From Phoronis australis (taxonomy: Eukaryota; Animalia; Phoronida), in NCBI GenBank assembly GCA_002633005.1, contig NMRA01000263.1, positions 486,143 to 550,142 on the forward strand: DNA of 64,000 nucleotides, read 5' to 3'. The translations under genes and the position numbers were made by a program. Positions 24,501 to 36,207 of the stretch are shown in pieces. Each line of letters begins with the position of its first letter. The stretch's first letter is position 1. The notes beneath the pieces are model-generated. The model ran no database searches. It was not told where the DNA came from and saw only the letters and a program-made list of their open reading frames with translations.

Positions 24501-27500
24501 TTGTTCTACTGACTGATGTTGATTTTCAGACTGGTGTGCCCTGCCTTAGTGGAAATTTTTGTATCTCCTATTGCAATATATTTGTGAATGACAAGTGTAT
24601 GCCCATGAACTTGGCAACAAACCAAAAAATTCTTTCTGACACGGATCTTCCTACTGCTTTGCCTCATAATTGCAATTCTATTTCTTTAAAATTGTCACTG
24701 CATCTTTGGAGTTTGTGGACAGATTCTGTGAAATTTTGCAAATTGGTCTTTGTGAAGAAGCCAACGAGGTCTTTCCATTTGCGGACAGGTTCGAGGTATT
24801 CTGTGTTACGCACACATATAAACGCTTTGCATGGCTCTGGTTATGATGATCAGTCTATTTCTGTGTCCTGTCTGGTCTAATTCAGACACATGCAAGTGCT
24901 ATCCAAGATTTATATAACTGTTTACAGTTTCCTGTTTCTGATATGGGCAATATCCAAAAATGGACTAATGAGTTTAAAAGCCATGGTCCAGGCCTAATGT
25001 TACACTCACATTGTGTCAATGGAGCCAACTTTGAGGTCTGGTTGATTTGCTTTTCAGCCACTTGGTGTCACTATTGAAGCTCAGGGGACCAATGGCAAGG
25101 ACGGTTGTGATGGAAGAAGTGGTAGCAATGGACAGGCAGGGGAACCAGGCAAAAGTAGGTATAGTGCCACCATGAAGTGTATTGTATCATTTTGATGTGT
25201 TTTTTATTCTGTTTCTTTACTTGGTGGGAAATCAGTAAAATGCTCACCAGAAAGTTGATCCAGTAATTCATTAATTTCTTTTACACACATTTTTGGGACA
25301 CTGTCTTTCAGGATTTTTATTTTTTATTCCTTTAAATGTTTATTCATTTTTGTACCTAAATTTAATAAGGTCAAACTCTGCTTTAATGCAAACACTTGTT
25401 TTGTCAGTGTAGACATCATTTTGTTTTTAGTTTTGTGTATTGTCTAGTTGGTTTTGTTTGTTTGGCAGCTGGTAAGGTTTGACTTCATGGTCTGTGTTAA
25501 GAGCTTCTTGCCTCTGGTCTGATGATTTCTTCATAGTAGCTGTGAACTCTTTTCCCTATTTGTACATCATCTCGTAGACATTGATTAAACAGGATGTTTA
25601 ATTGACTCTGAACTGTAGATATGATAATTAAGACACTTTTATGGTTGTTTTGTTAAGTTATCTATATTTGATCAGCTGTGTGTCACGGTTGACAAAACAG
25701 ATGCTGCTGTTTATTGATGTTCAACACCACAGTATTGTAAAACTAAAATATTCGCCAAAATGGTGACGTGTAATGACAATTTCTTCTTTCAGAATTTTTC
25801 TTCTGCTTTAAACAGTAAAAAATACAGTAATATTTTTATGTACAAAAGTCATGTTTTATGGAATTGGTTTTATTTTCAGAGGGTTTCCATGGTCATGAAG
25901 GTGAACCTGGTTGCCGTGGGAAAGATGGTTGCCATGGACATGATGGTCACCGTGGAGGCCATGGTACTGCTGCCAGTGACTTATGGCTGTGTCTAGATGG
26001 TGATAGCGACACATTGACAATCTCAGGGTCTATAGAGAAACAGGTGCATTTGGGAGGGCCTGCCAATCAACAGGTGATCTATGTCAAGGCTCATGGTGGT
26101 TCAGGTGGACAGGGAGGCAATGGAGGGCAAGGTGAGATGTGCTTCCAACGGAGAGTTGAAGGGAATAGCAGGTTGTATGATGTGTGTCTGAATGGAATAA
26201 TTGACAAGAGTTATGCGGTATTTGCCAAAGTCAAAGACCGAGTAGACTAGTTTTTCTAAAAGCAAATCTGCTGTTTCTGTCTGTATAGTGTACTTACCAG
26301 AAAGGCATTCAGTGTTTAATGCTGATAAACTGAATGATGTTTTCGTTTTATTGTTTCCTTGGAATTATGAGCAGAAGTCTGGGTGTGGTTTTATGTTGGC
26401 TAACATAATAATGATGGAATTTTATTTACAGGTGGTGCTGGTGGCCATGGTGGAGATGGCGGCAAGGGTGGTCGTGGCTGTGACATCTACATGGCGGGGA
26501 ACAGTGTGAGGGGTGCAGATGGAGGTGATGGGGGCTGTGGAGGTCATGGCGGCAATGGTGGTCCTGGTGGCAAGGGTGGCAGTGGTGGGGATGCTGGCAA
26601 TGGTGGTCATGTGACCATCTGTGCTAGTGACCCACGCTTGTTTGTGCTATGCGAAATAGACGTTAAACCAGGGAAGATTGGCAAGTGCGGACGTGGCGGG
26701 GCAGGTGGGCTCAAAGGCCAGGGAGGGAAAGGGGGCAAGGGAGGCTGTGGTGGAATGGCTGGTGTCAAGGAAGACGGAACACGGGGTGTGGCTGGGTATC
26801 AAGGTGAGCATTTTGTACAAAGCACCTGTAGGATGTGTTTGTTTATTTAATGCAGTGATTTAATTCCCTTTGAGTGGTTTTATTTATTCTATCTCTTAAT
26901 CCCAGCATCATTTAATTATGTTTTAAAATATTAGACTTTGCTAATCCAACACCTGTTGTTAAATTGTTGTGTCTGACTGTGTTGATAACTATAAGAAAAT
27001 TATTTTCTAGGCAAGCTTGGTCTGGATGGCATTGATGGCCTATGTGGAGGGGATGGTGACAATGGGCTACCAGCTCAGTATGGCTCTTTACTGTGGACTG
27101 TAGTAGACCCTGTCACAAGGAATGTGACTTTAGAGACTGCTCACAGATATGACATACGGACAAATGGATTTGAAGTCCATTCAGAAGTCGATGATGGGAT
27201 ATTCGAGCCAAATGAAAGGATTTATGTTACGACAACAATGTTGGAAAATATCGGTGGAATGGATCTCCCTGATGGTGCTACTCTGACGTATGTGTCGACA
27301 GACACAGTGAACTTTGAACCCAATTCTTCTTGTGTGCCAATTGTAAGTTAAGTAACTGCACATAAAGTGTTTATAATGGACACTTTATTGAAACAAACGA
27401 ATAGAAGAATGCATTTTGTTGTTTTGCAGAGGTTGGAGATATGTTTCTATGGTTTGTAAGTGCTCACATTGCTGTGTGATATAAAGTTGAACTAGTGGCT

Positions 27501-30500
27501 TGAGTTGTAGACATTTATCATTTAAAGTTTTATTGATAGCTGACATAGATCTACTTACACATGTATTCTATAAATTATGTGTTCATATGCCTAATTATGT
27601 ACTCTTATTCAGTCTTTTTATACTCATATTCTCTTGGAGTTTTAGCTTTCTTTAGGCATTGTTGTATGTATGTCTGGATATATGATGAGGAAATGCACAT
27701 GTGACGCCTCCTATTGACAGTAGCTTGTGGCATTGATTTCCAAGTAACCTTTTCTGAGTGTGCAACAGTCTTGCTCAATGAGCAACACAATATAAGATTA
27801 TTCTATGGGTTTCACAACATCAAATTTCAACATCTCCATGATATTTGTATTAAATTGTAAACCTGAACATTAAACTTTTCTGAAGTGTTTGATAAATGTG
27901 TTTCTTCTTCATTTTCAGCTCCACCCAGGTGGTACTTGCTCCTTGACCAGTGTATTTACTGGTCGTATATTTGACGCTCCACCTCCCAACAAACCAGGCC
28001 CATACAAAGCTACAGCAAATATTATCTCCACTGTCAGTCTTCTGGGAAGACCTTTCGACTCGGTATGTACTGACGGTAACTCGTGATTCATTTCTCTTTG
28101 TACTACTCTAGATTCGTACTATTCTTGCTCATTGATATGCTTTTTAGGTTGCACTCAGTGTCGCTACAAATGTTTTTTGTAACAGGTTGGGACCAGTGTT
28201 ATGATTTCTCTTGAGACAAGTATTAATTTGAACTTTTTCTTGAGTCTGACCTGAACTAGAAGTGAGTGCTGATAAATTCCTTAACAGTGCAATATTTTGA
28301 GTTAGTGTAACGTCCTTAGTGCCACATGTAAGCTGGTCCCAACTGCACAAAGCAAATGGGAATGACAGAAGGCTAAAGCATATTATGAACAATTCTGATA
28401 TTTAATAGCTAAGGATACTAAACCCAAATTTTGGCTTATTGACGGATATTAATGCTGACTTAACACTGAAATATCGGAAACAAAATGATGCTGGTGAATC
28501 CTTCTGATTCAAGTTTGATTGCTCCTTACAACATATGCTAAGCTGGCATGCATGACATGTTAATGGACGAGAGGCCACGCATCTCAAATGACCAAGTTCA
28601 TTTTGTGAAACAGTGAGGACAGTTTCAGCTTTTTTAGTTCTCCGAGAAGTACTAATGACACAGTGGCAGGTGATGGAAGCAATTTTGGGTAAAATTACCA
28701 AAACATGCTATTGTACCATTAAGGTTTTTTTTGATTTTTGTTCAATCTAGGCTACCAAAAAGGAAGTAGTGACTGTCCAGTACCCCATCCAACTGACCTC
28801 TCTGCGAGGCCCGTCTCAGCTGGGCCGGGGAGAGCAGACTGACCTTGAGATTCAAGTGAAGAATATCTCTCAGTGTCCTTATGGAGATCAGTCTAGTCAG
28901 AGTGGTGGTCTAGTCATGCTCAAGGTATGCTGGAAGTTTATCCAAACTCAGTATGAAATCTGGAAACCTTTAATTTATTTTTAAAGCATACTTTGGTTAG
29001 AACAAACACCGTTGTTTTTTTTGGTGTTTGAATCTCTTGAAATCTGTTATACCAAATCGGAAAACGTAACTGATAAAATGTGAAATATAAATACACATGG
29101 GTCACTGAAATACATTAAAGTGAAACACCCTTTGTCAGTGTCATAGTGAATGTGTGGACATTTTATGTATCGACACAAGTGTCTTTTTATACTCCGTGTT
29201 TTATTTTATCTACAACACTCCAGTACCGTCCTTTATCTTTTTCTAAAAATGTTCTGGTTCAATCTGTAAAATGTACCTTTTGTTGCAAAAAATTTAATGG
29301 TAGATTTTGACCAATTCTTCTTGACATTTACTAAGGTAATTGACTGTTACTGAGTCTCTCATCAAAGTAGAATAATGAAATGTAAATGTGCACTGTGCAC
29401 AGTAACAGCGGGTGACTGTCCGTCAGGCAAATCTCTAGACAGTTTTCTCCAACATTAAAAATAAAATTTTTGTGTCACAAGTTTTTAAAAAAAAATTTGG
29501 ACACTAAATTATGATTTAGCATTGTGACAACAATTTAAATTAGTTAAATTAGAAACTTTAGTACGAGACTTGTGTTATATATATCATTGAAAAATTGTTG
29601 CCTTTGGTTATGTAGGTACGCCTTGATCGTCGCCTTCTTCCATACATGAAGGAGAACCAATCACCTCGACCGTACACACTTCGGTTCAACTCACGTCGCA
29701 CCAACAGTGTAGAGATCTGGCTCCATCATCTTGGTGCTGGCGATGCGCTCACTATCACAATACCATGTGTACTGGAGCATGCAGCGGAACTATTCGACAA
29801 GTGTTTATGGCAGGCTGAGCTGTATCTGGTAACATTTTAAGTTATTTGTCTTTGCACCTCCGCGCATGTGAGTCATTGATTTCCAACAAAATATGTTTTA
29901 CTGAGAAGTCATCACAATGTAAGTTTTTTTTGTAGTGTACAGTATTTGATGTACTACCAAAACCATTTTTCTAAATAAGCTCTTTGTTTGTTCATAATTT
30001 TATGGTTTTATTTGCTTTAATTCGTGTTCCTTGGCATATTTCTTTCTCACAATTTCTTTTACCTTTCAAGTTTTTAACTACAGTACATAAACTACTCATG
30101 GAAGTTTCTAAAGATTGAACTGTTTTTGATCTGTTTTAGCGAGGCAAATTGATTGAATACAACCAAGAGACTATTCGCGTCACCCCTTACTACATCCAGA
30201 GGGCGCCACCGGCTGATCTTCTCTTCATCACTGGGCCAGAAATCTCGCGTGACATGTTTGTTTATTGGCAGCGGCTGTTCCAGGCTTTGAATCTCACAGT
30301 TGACTTCTGGGATACCGAACGTCAGCAAGGACTGTCGACAATAAACTTCTCAAGTTCCCGTCATCAAGTAAGATTGCTGTTCTTTGTGCATTGGAAAGTA
30401 ACGGCATCAGAAAGTAAGAGTAAACACAACATTACGTTGAATTGAAGATAAGAGTTGAAATGTATATAAAATGGTGTAAAAGGACATTATCAGCGAGAAA

Positions 30501-33500
30501 AAGAATTTTTTTCTGAAACCTCAGTGTGTAATCGAACCTGCAACCCCTGTGGCTGCAACCTAATACAGTCACAAGCTAAAGCCCACATGATAAATGGCTG
30601 AGTGTATTTGATGCGTATTTAACTGGTACGGTTACTGTTCTTGATTTCATCGAATGTCTAGCAGACAGCGGCGATAATTGGCCATTTGTAATCACATCTC
30701 AAAAACAATAGATTTTGTTCTTTCACAGCTCTGGTCAAAGCTGATAACTTCACAAAGTTTCACATGCAACAATAATCCCCACAATGCATTATTTTTCAGT
30801 TGCGTTTTTGGTCAGATCCTCAAGATGGAGTTAGTTTGATGAGCATTGATGTGATTTTCTACACTATTTGTTGTTGGAAACTGTAGAGTGAAACATTATT
30901 ACTTTATTATGAGTCTCTTTTTCATGACCATTCCTAGTCAGTACGTTTTGTAGAGAGACTGCCTGTTGGTTTTAATAAGATATGACGCTATTTATGGGAC
31001 ACTGGTCTTCTTGTTTACAGTCAACCTGGGTGAACCAGTTCCAGGGTCAAACCATCTTATATCCATACTACAACCCAGCGCTGTTGAAAGGTGCTGATGT
31101 AGCAACCCATTTCCATGGCGACAGTTGGCGTGACTATGAGCATGATGACTTAGACTCTGGTATGATTCTCATCACCAAGCAAGGGGCGTACAAGAACAGA
31201 TCTCTCTGCGCAGTATTCAACCATATTTTGACTGAGAACGTGCCGAGCGCCCGACTTGGCAGTGACAAGTCTAGATTTTGTCTTTTCTGCAGTTCTGGAC
31301 GTGGAAATTCTGACAAGTAAGGAAGACATTCTCTCATTGGGCAAACTGCTATGATTGCTGGCAGACTGCCATTCCACTACTGTCTTTTGCCTCTGTAATG
31401 CTTGCTGTGATTGCTGGCAGACTGCCATTCCACTACTGTCTTTTGCCTGTGTAATGCTAGGACATAATTATGTGGAACAAAATCAACATGGCATGAATGT
31501 GTTGAGAGCCCTCATGAGTTGCAGTGCCCGGCAGGTTACCTTTTTCAAAAAGTCTTTTTACATTACTTTTGCTTCAAAACATCAAAAGTGGTGAAAATAT
31601 TGCAGAAATAAGCTTATACGAATGCATGTCAATTATTTCTTAAGATGCTAACACAATTTTCTCCTTTAAGGAAAATCCAGACATTCGTAAAGAAACTTGA
31701 GAAGACTGACTCAAGCCACCACTACTGCATCTTCTCCAAACAATTCTGCTCCTACATCAGCTCAGAGAAGTTCAGCTCCAGTCACTGTGACATACGGCGC
31801 CTCCCTGTGGCCAGATCAGCACGTCTGCTCATGTCTGGTTTTGGTGAGATTTTACAGTTAGGAGAAGATGACCCATTTAACACTCCCGATGCAACACAAG
31901 TACCCCTGGGATCATATTTCGGACAGGTGAATAAATATGGTTGTGAAATATGCATACACAAATCCAATCAATTTGTTTTTTTCATCTCTTTGAAGCTTGC
32001 ATGATGAAAAACCAATTGTGAACATCTGATTCGAAGCAAATGATCACTTTGAGTCTTGATACCTTATACAAGTGTAATCTCTCTCCCAGCAAATGGTTTT
32101 ATTACAATCTGAAAATAAATTCCTGCTTTCAAACAAATAAATTTCCATTACCTCATTACTTTGGTAACTATGACATCTTAATCTGTTTTGCTATTGAATT
32201 TGGCAAACGGTTGAAGTTCTGAGTAAAGTCAGTTTTTAAGCTAAACCTTGCTAATTTGAAATTACAGAAACTGTGGAACTATAAATCACTTTGTTTTGTT
32301 TGTATTGTAGATGCTTCTAGCTCTCATCTTTTCATTGCCAATTAAAACAAAGACACGGCTGCTCAGGCAATCTTCTACCTCAGACTTGACCTTCTCAACA
32401 CCCTGGGGAGCATCTTTCACTGTCAAAGACCTGGTCGGACTATCCCTGGAGGACTATCTAGCATTTGACCTTGTGCCAGGGTCAAGGGTGAGTGCACTGT
32501 AACAATCGGTGGTTGTTAATCCTTTTTATCAACTTTTGTAAATTTTACTTAGTAGTGTGGAAATGAGACAGTTTATTCACACACTAGCAAGAAACTTGTT
32601 ACAAGTATAAAAAGTAACTTTAAATGGACCGTTTTTTCAAATTGTATAATATGCGAAAATGGATATCTCAACTAATATTTCCAGTTACTATTGTTGATCA
32701 TGTTAGTGGATAAGAATAATGTAATGTTAATAATGATGATTTGTAATAATAACACTACTACTGAATGATTATGACACAGAATAGTAAATAGATAATGAAA
32801 ATGGTGATGTTCGTAATAATTTTAATCATAGCATGCCAAGAATTGTACAATGACACTTGGCTTACCTCAAAGTCCAACTGCTGCTGGGTGGTTTGGTAAT
32901 TGGCCCAAATGTGTTGCACATACAGCAGAATTAATGAGAAACATATTATTACAACAGTAAACAAATGCTTTAGGTTGTAAAAGTCACATTTCTAATCACC
33001 TGTGCTTTTTGCAAACTACTCAAATATGCTGTTTGCAAACTTTCAAAATGAAAATACTATTGTCGCCCCCAATGTGTTTATAATGGTCTCATTATCAAGA
33101 GAATGATGCCATCAGCTGCCTGAGGCAATTTAATTATCCACAACAGCATGGTGTCTTTGATCTAAACCGGCAAATTCTGAGGTACGTAAATGGGTGGAGT
33201 TTCCCAATCTCGACTAGTTAGGATTTTTTTCTTGATAATGGCAATGAGCATATCAACACCAACAATAATAGTGATCGCAGTACTAATTATTTTCAGCACC
33301 CATCAAGATTAGAGTCATTGGTTGATGCCATCTTGGCTGACCCTACGACCTTCACCAATTCTGCAGTAGCTGAGTACGTGTACACGGCTGGTCGATCACT
33401 CTTGAAGAAAGCTAAAAACAACAGTCACTTCAAGTATCTGCACCCGAAGGCAGCTAAGAAGTATCAGGAAATAGTCAACATTCTAAAGTCAAGAGGAGTA

Positions 33501-34600
33501 AGTGGACACAATAATTTTGTAATTGTTTATTTTCACATGATGTTGGTTTGTTTACATCCAGAGGGGTGCCATTATGTAACCAGCTGATGAAAGATGTATT
33601 TTCGCTTGTTCATAAAGTTGTTAACATATGACAGGGAATAATTTTACTGAATAAAAAAGTACGTACTCAACAGGTACGCTTTATTTCTGACCAGAAAATA
33701 TGAACAAAAAAGGTAACTGTAGACACTTATATTAACAAGCCAGCATTCTGTCTCATGTGTTCTTGGTCAGTGATGTAATGCAGTGTGGTACAGACTGGAG
33801 GTAAACATGGCGTAAATATAACAATACCTTCCATATTAAGTTAGAATGCATAACATAAGAGAATGTGAGGCTGAAACAAAGTGAACCGTGCCAGCTCATG
33901 GATATTCAAAATAAAAAATACCTCACCAAACATACAGATCAAAAGGATGGGAAAACAAAGGTGGAATAAAAAAGAAGTATACTGCAGAATGACGTATAAT
34001 AAAATAATAAAATTATGCACTATGATATATCAGTAGAGTTAGTTGGGTAAAGTAGTTCTAAAATGACTACCGCTACCTCATATAGTCTGTAGCTTCTTAC
34101 TATAAACTACTGACGAACAACAAATCGTTTAAAACATTCAGAAATCAATACACATGTGCTGCTCATAGTGGTCTTTTTATCATTTTTATTTCAACAATGG
34201 AAGCTATTGTGAAACACACAATGTTGATGACGTTGTATTCCTTTTATTTTTTGAAATTAGCAGACTGAGAATTTTCATAATCTGGCTATCCGTGTATAGT
34301 TATTCGATTCATTTGATCCAGTGATTTGTCATGTTGTGATCAAACAAGACCAATGGGCATAATACGAGATAAGTACTACGTTCTCACTGTAAATGTTGAA
34401 GAAGACTATCCTACTAGTCTATCCTTTGTGCTTCTCAGGATGCTGACAGCCAGTCTGAGCTAGAGTTCATCAGTCATCAGAGTGTCAACAGTAAGGACAG
34501 GCTCAAGTTGGACCATCTTCTTGACTGGAATCTCTTCTCATCGCCAAATAGATTCACAGCTAAAGACTCCATATATGAAGTGTCAGAGATCTTCATATAG
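6504..34600 (+). CDS. Multi-exon uncharacterised protein (~1170-1220 aa): PY motifs + atypical WW domain + Gly-rich (GXY/GGX) module + large C-terminal domain(s)
   Basis: Frame-consistent GT-AG exon chain: 6465-6701 (ATG at 6504 or 6675; least certain), 9370-9531 (alternative donor after 9546), 12794-13096, 13628-13732, 25058-25154, 25880-26131, 26432-26803, 27011-27342, 27919-28062, 28751-28924, 29616-29828, 30140-30367, 31021-31316, 31671-31926, 32311-32487, 33297-33497, 34439-34600 (TAG). Exons from 9370 to the stop total 3474 nt with no internal stop, and all intron phases are compatible. Confidence 0.85.
9370..9531 (+). CDS. Gene 1 exon containing a PPPPY (PPxY) motif
   Basis: ttctttcag|GAG ... 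CAG|gtcaag; translates EHQPWTGQW...NEPPPPYEAIAQQFHQ. Confidence 0.75.
11087..11589. mobile_element. MITE, family with CAGGGCTTGGAAT TIRs (copy 1)
   Basis: TIRs CAGGGCTTGGAAT / ATTCCAAGCCCTG; CpG-rich interior with repeated TTTCCGCG; flanks gatttt / aatttt. Confidence 0.85.
12794..13096 (+). CDS. Gene 1 exon with an LPPY motif and a WW-like domain
   Basis: tttttcag|ATG ... CAG|gtaact. GLPPSIQKCWDPCTHKCFYVDNEKGVTFWSFEVP fits the WW pattern (LP..W...D.....YY.D....T.W..P) with the first Trp replaced. Confidence 0.8.
13748..14645. repeat. Minisatellite, ~29-30 bp unit (ACACAACTCATGAACACCAGTCTATGACT-like), with a ~147-bp higher-order duplication
   Basis: Repeated catgaacaccagtctatgact; block 13861-14007 recurs at 14008-14155. 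Confidence 0.9.
17501..17940. mobile_element. PIF/Harbinger-type MITE (copy 1, 440 bp)
   Basis: TIRs AGGGCCTTTCAT / ATGAAAGGGCCT, TAA on both sides, internal 11-bp stem CACTGCAGCGT-CA-ACGCTGCAGTG. Confidence 0.85.
18547..18986. mobile_element. PIF/Harbinger-type MITE (copy 2, inside the duplicated block)
   Basis: Same TIRs and TAA TSD; near-identical to 17501-17940. Confidence 0.8.
23489..24570. repeat. Degenerate ~440-bp tandem repeat (~2.5 units), probably transposon-derived
   Basis: agtctgtttttggc anchors at ~23551, ~23979 and ~24429; gactactgtggtg at ~23670 and ~24089; recurring ...agtgg/ggtga sub-motifs. Confidence 0.7.
25058..27342 (+). CDS. Gene 1 glycine-rich exons (25058-25154, 25880-26131, 26432-26803, 27011-27342)
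   Basis: 18 consecutive G-X-Y triplets, then GGX tracts separated by hydrophobic beta-like segments. Three phase-1 introns with canonical GTAGGT/GTGAG donors. Confidence 0.9.
31352..31457. repeat. 56-bp tandem duplication in an intron
   Basis: tgattgctggcagactgccattccactactgtcttttgcct occurs twice, at 31352 and 31408. Confidence 0.85.
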
Positions 34601-36056
34601 GTGGCAGCACCGGATTCTCATCCACATGTTCAATCTGGTCATCTGTTAGCAACTCCAGGTGTCTGACATAATATGAGTTGCAGGGACTAATTGAGTTTTG
34701 GAAGTGTCATTGAAAGAAACAGACGCATAAACGTGAAATAACATTAGTCATGGTTGCATTCTACCAATAGGCCTCATTGGTGTTTAACAGGTGGTGTAAC
34801 TTGGTGCCAGAATCATATAATGTCCAAAAGTTGTCACAGTTCATTGTCAGACAATGGGATTGCACTTACTTACAGTTTTAGGGTGTTTTTAAGACCAACA
34901 GAATGATCGGTTACTTTTATTATTTTTTAATTTTAATTCTGAAGGATTGCTGCACCTTACTGTTAGTCAGGTGTTCTTTGATAACAGAGAGAACTGGATT
35001 ATCAGTTGAGGTGAGCCTTATGCAGACTTAAGTTATTAGGTGTGTATGTGTAACTCAACAGCAAACATTAAAGGTGTTTTTTAAGTTTTTGTTATTAAGG
35101 TCTGTCTGTACATTTATGCTGGAATATCATTTTCTTTGTTCAGTGTTCTAATTACTGTAAAAGTAATATTACCTCATATGAAGTATCTGAAGAGATGTAC
35201 CTTACTAAGATGGTAGTTTGTGGTGTCATCAGTAGTTTTAAAGTTCCGTGTAAGCATTTAGCAGCGCCCTCTTGTGAATTCCTAACATAATAAGTGCTTT
35301 ACTTTGGCTAAGTGATTTATTAGTGACGCAAGTTGGTTTATTATTTTTGCAGTTTGCTTTACGTTCATTTGCTTAAGATTTTTACCTTGGGTGCATCGAG
35401 CCAAACTTGTATTTGCTTTTTGTTTTGTGCAATATGTAAATGAATATTTAAAAATTTTTTATTTTTATATAAAGCTTCCAGTCCTAATTTTAGGTACAGG
35501 TGAATTCTGTTATGATTTGTCAAACAATTGACTAACAATGTGTTGGATATATATACGTAAAATGTTGTGTAGGGAATATGATACAAATGGAGACATTTGT
35601 GTTTTTGACTATTTTCTAATGTAAGAGGTTCTGTTGTTACTAAAAACAAAAATTTGCTCACAATTGTGCTCTGGTGTTATATGTTACCTCCTCACTATTG
35701 ATGTTCATGTGGTTTGTTGCGCCGTGTTTGTGCTGAGGATTCTGACTGCCCTTGAGTTTGACCTTTAACATGTGTGCCTGTTGCTTTGACTTCTGATCAG
35801 AATTTATATTTTAAGTTTTTGTTTGCCATCATATTATTGTTTGAATTTTGCAGGGTAAATTGTTTTTGCTGTCAGCATAAATTGCAACTTCTCAGGTGAA
35901 AGACATCACTGTTAGCTTAAAGCTAGTTGTAGACATTTTGTGCCTAATGTAAGGCTTGAAAGCACTACCCTTAAATTTCGACCAGTTTTTGACAAATGTA
36001 CCATGTCTTCTTGGAGGGTAGTGTCTTTCTACCTTTATACACCATTTTTACTGACA

Positions 36057-36207
36057 CATGGGCGGCGCAGCACTGAAGAAGTGTGGGGGGGGGGCTAAAG
36101 CCCCTCAGCCCCCTTGTGGTGCACTGCCTATAGACCATGTGTGGCGTAGCACTGAAAAAAGTGGGGGGGCTGTAGCCCTCCCAGCACCCTATGATGCGCC
36201 GCCCATG
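36057..36207. mobile_element. 151-bp dimeric MITE with 5-bp TSD
   Basis: TIRs CATGGGCGGCGCA / TGCGCCGCCCATG; TGACA on both sides; interior is two diverged ~75-bp units. Confidence 0.8.

Noticed and set aside
25058-26850. Collagen gene or mycobacterial PE-PGRS contamination
   Set aside because: Pro-poor, short GXY run, no signal peptide or collagen terminal domains; embedded in canonical spliceosomal introns of host-like composition.
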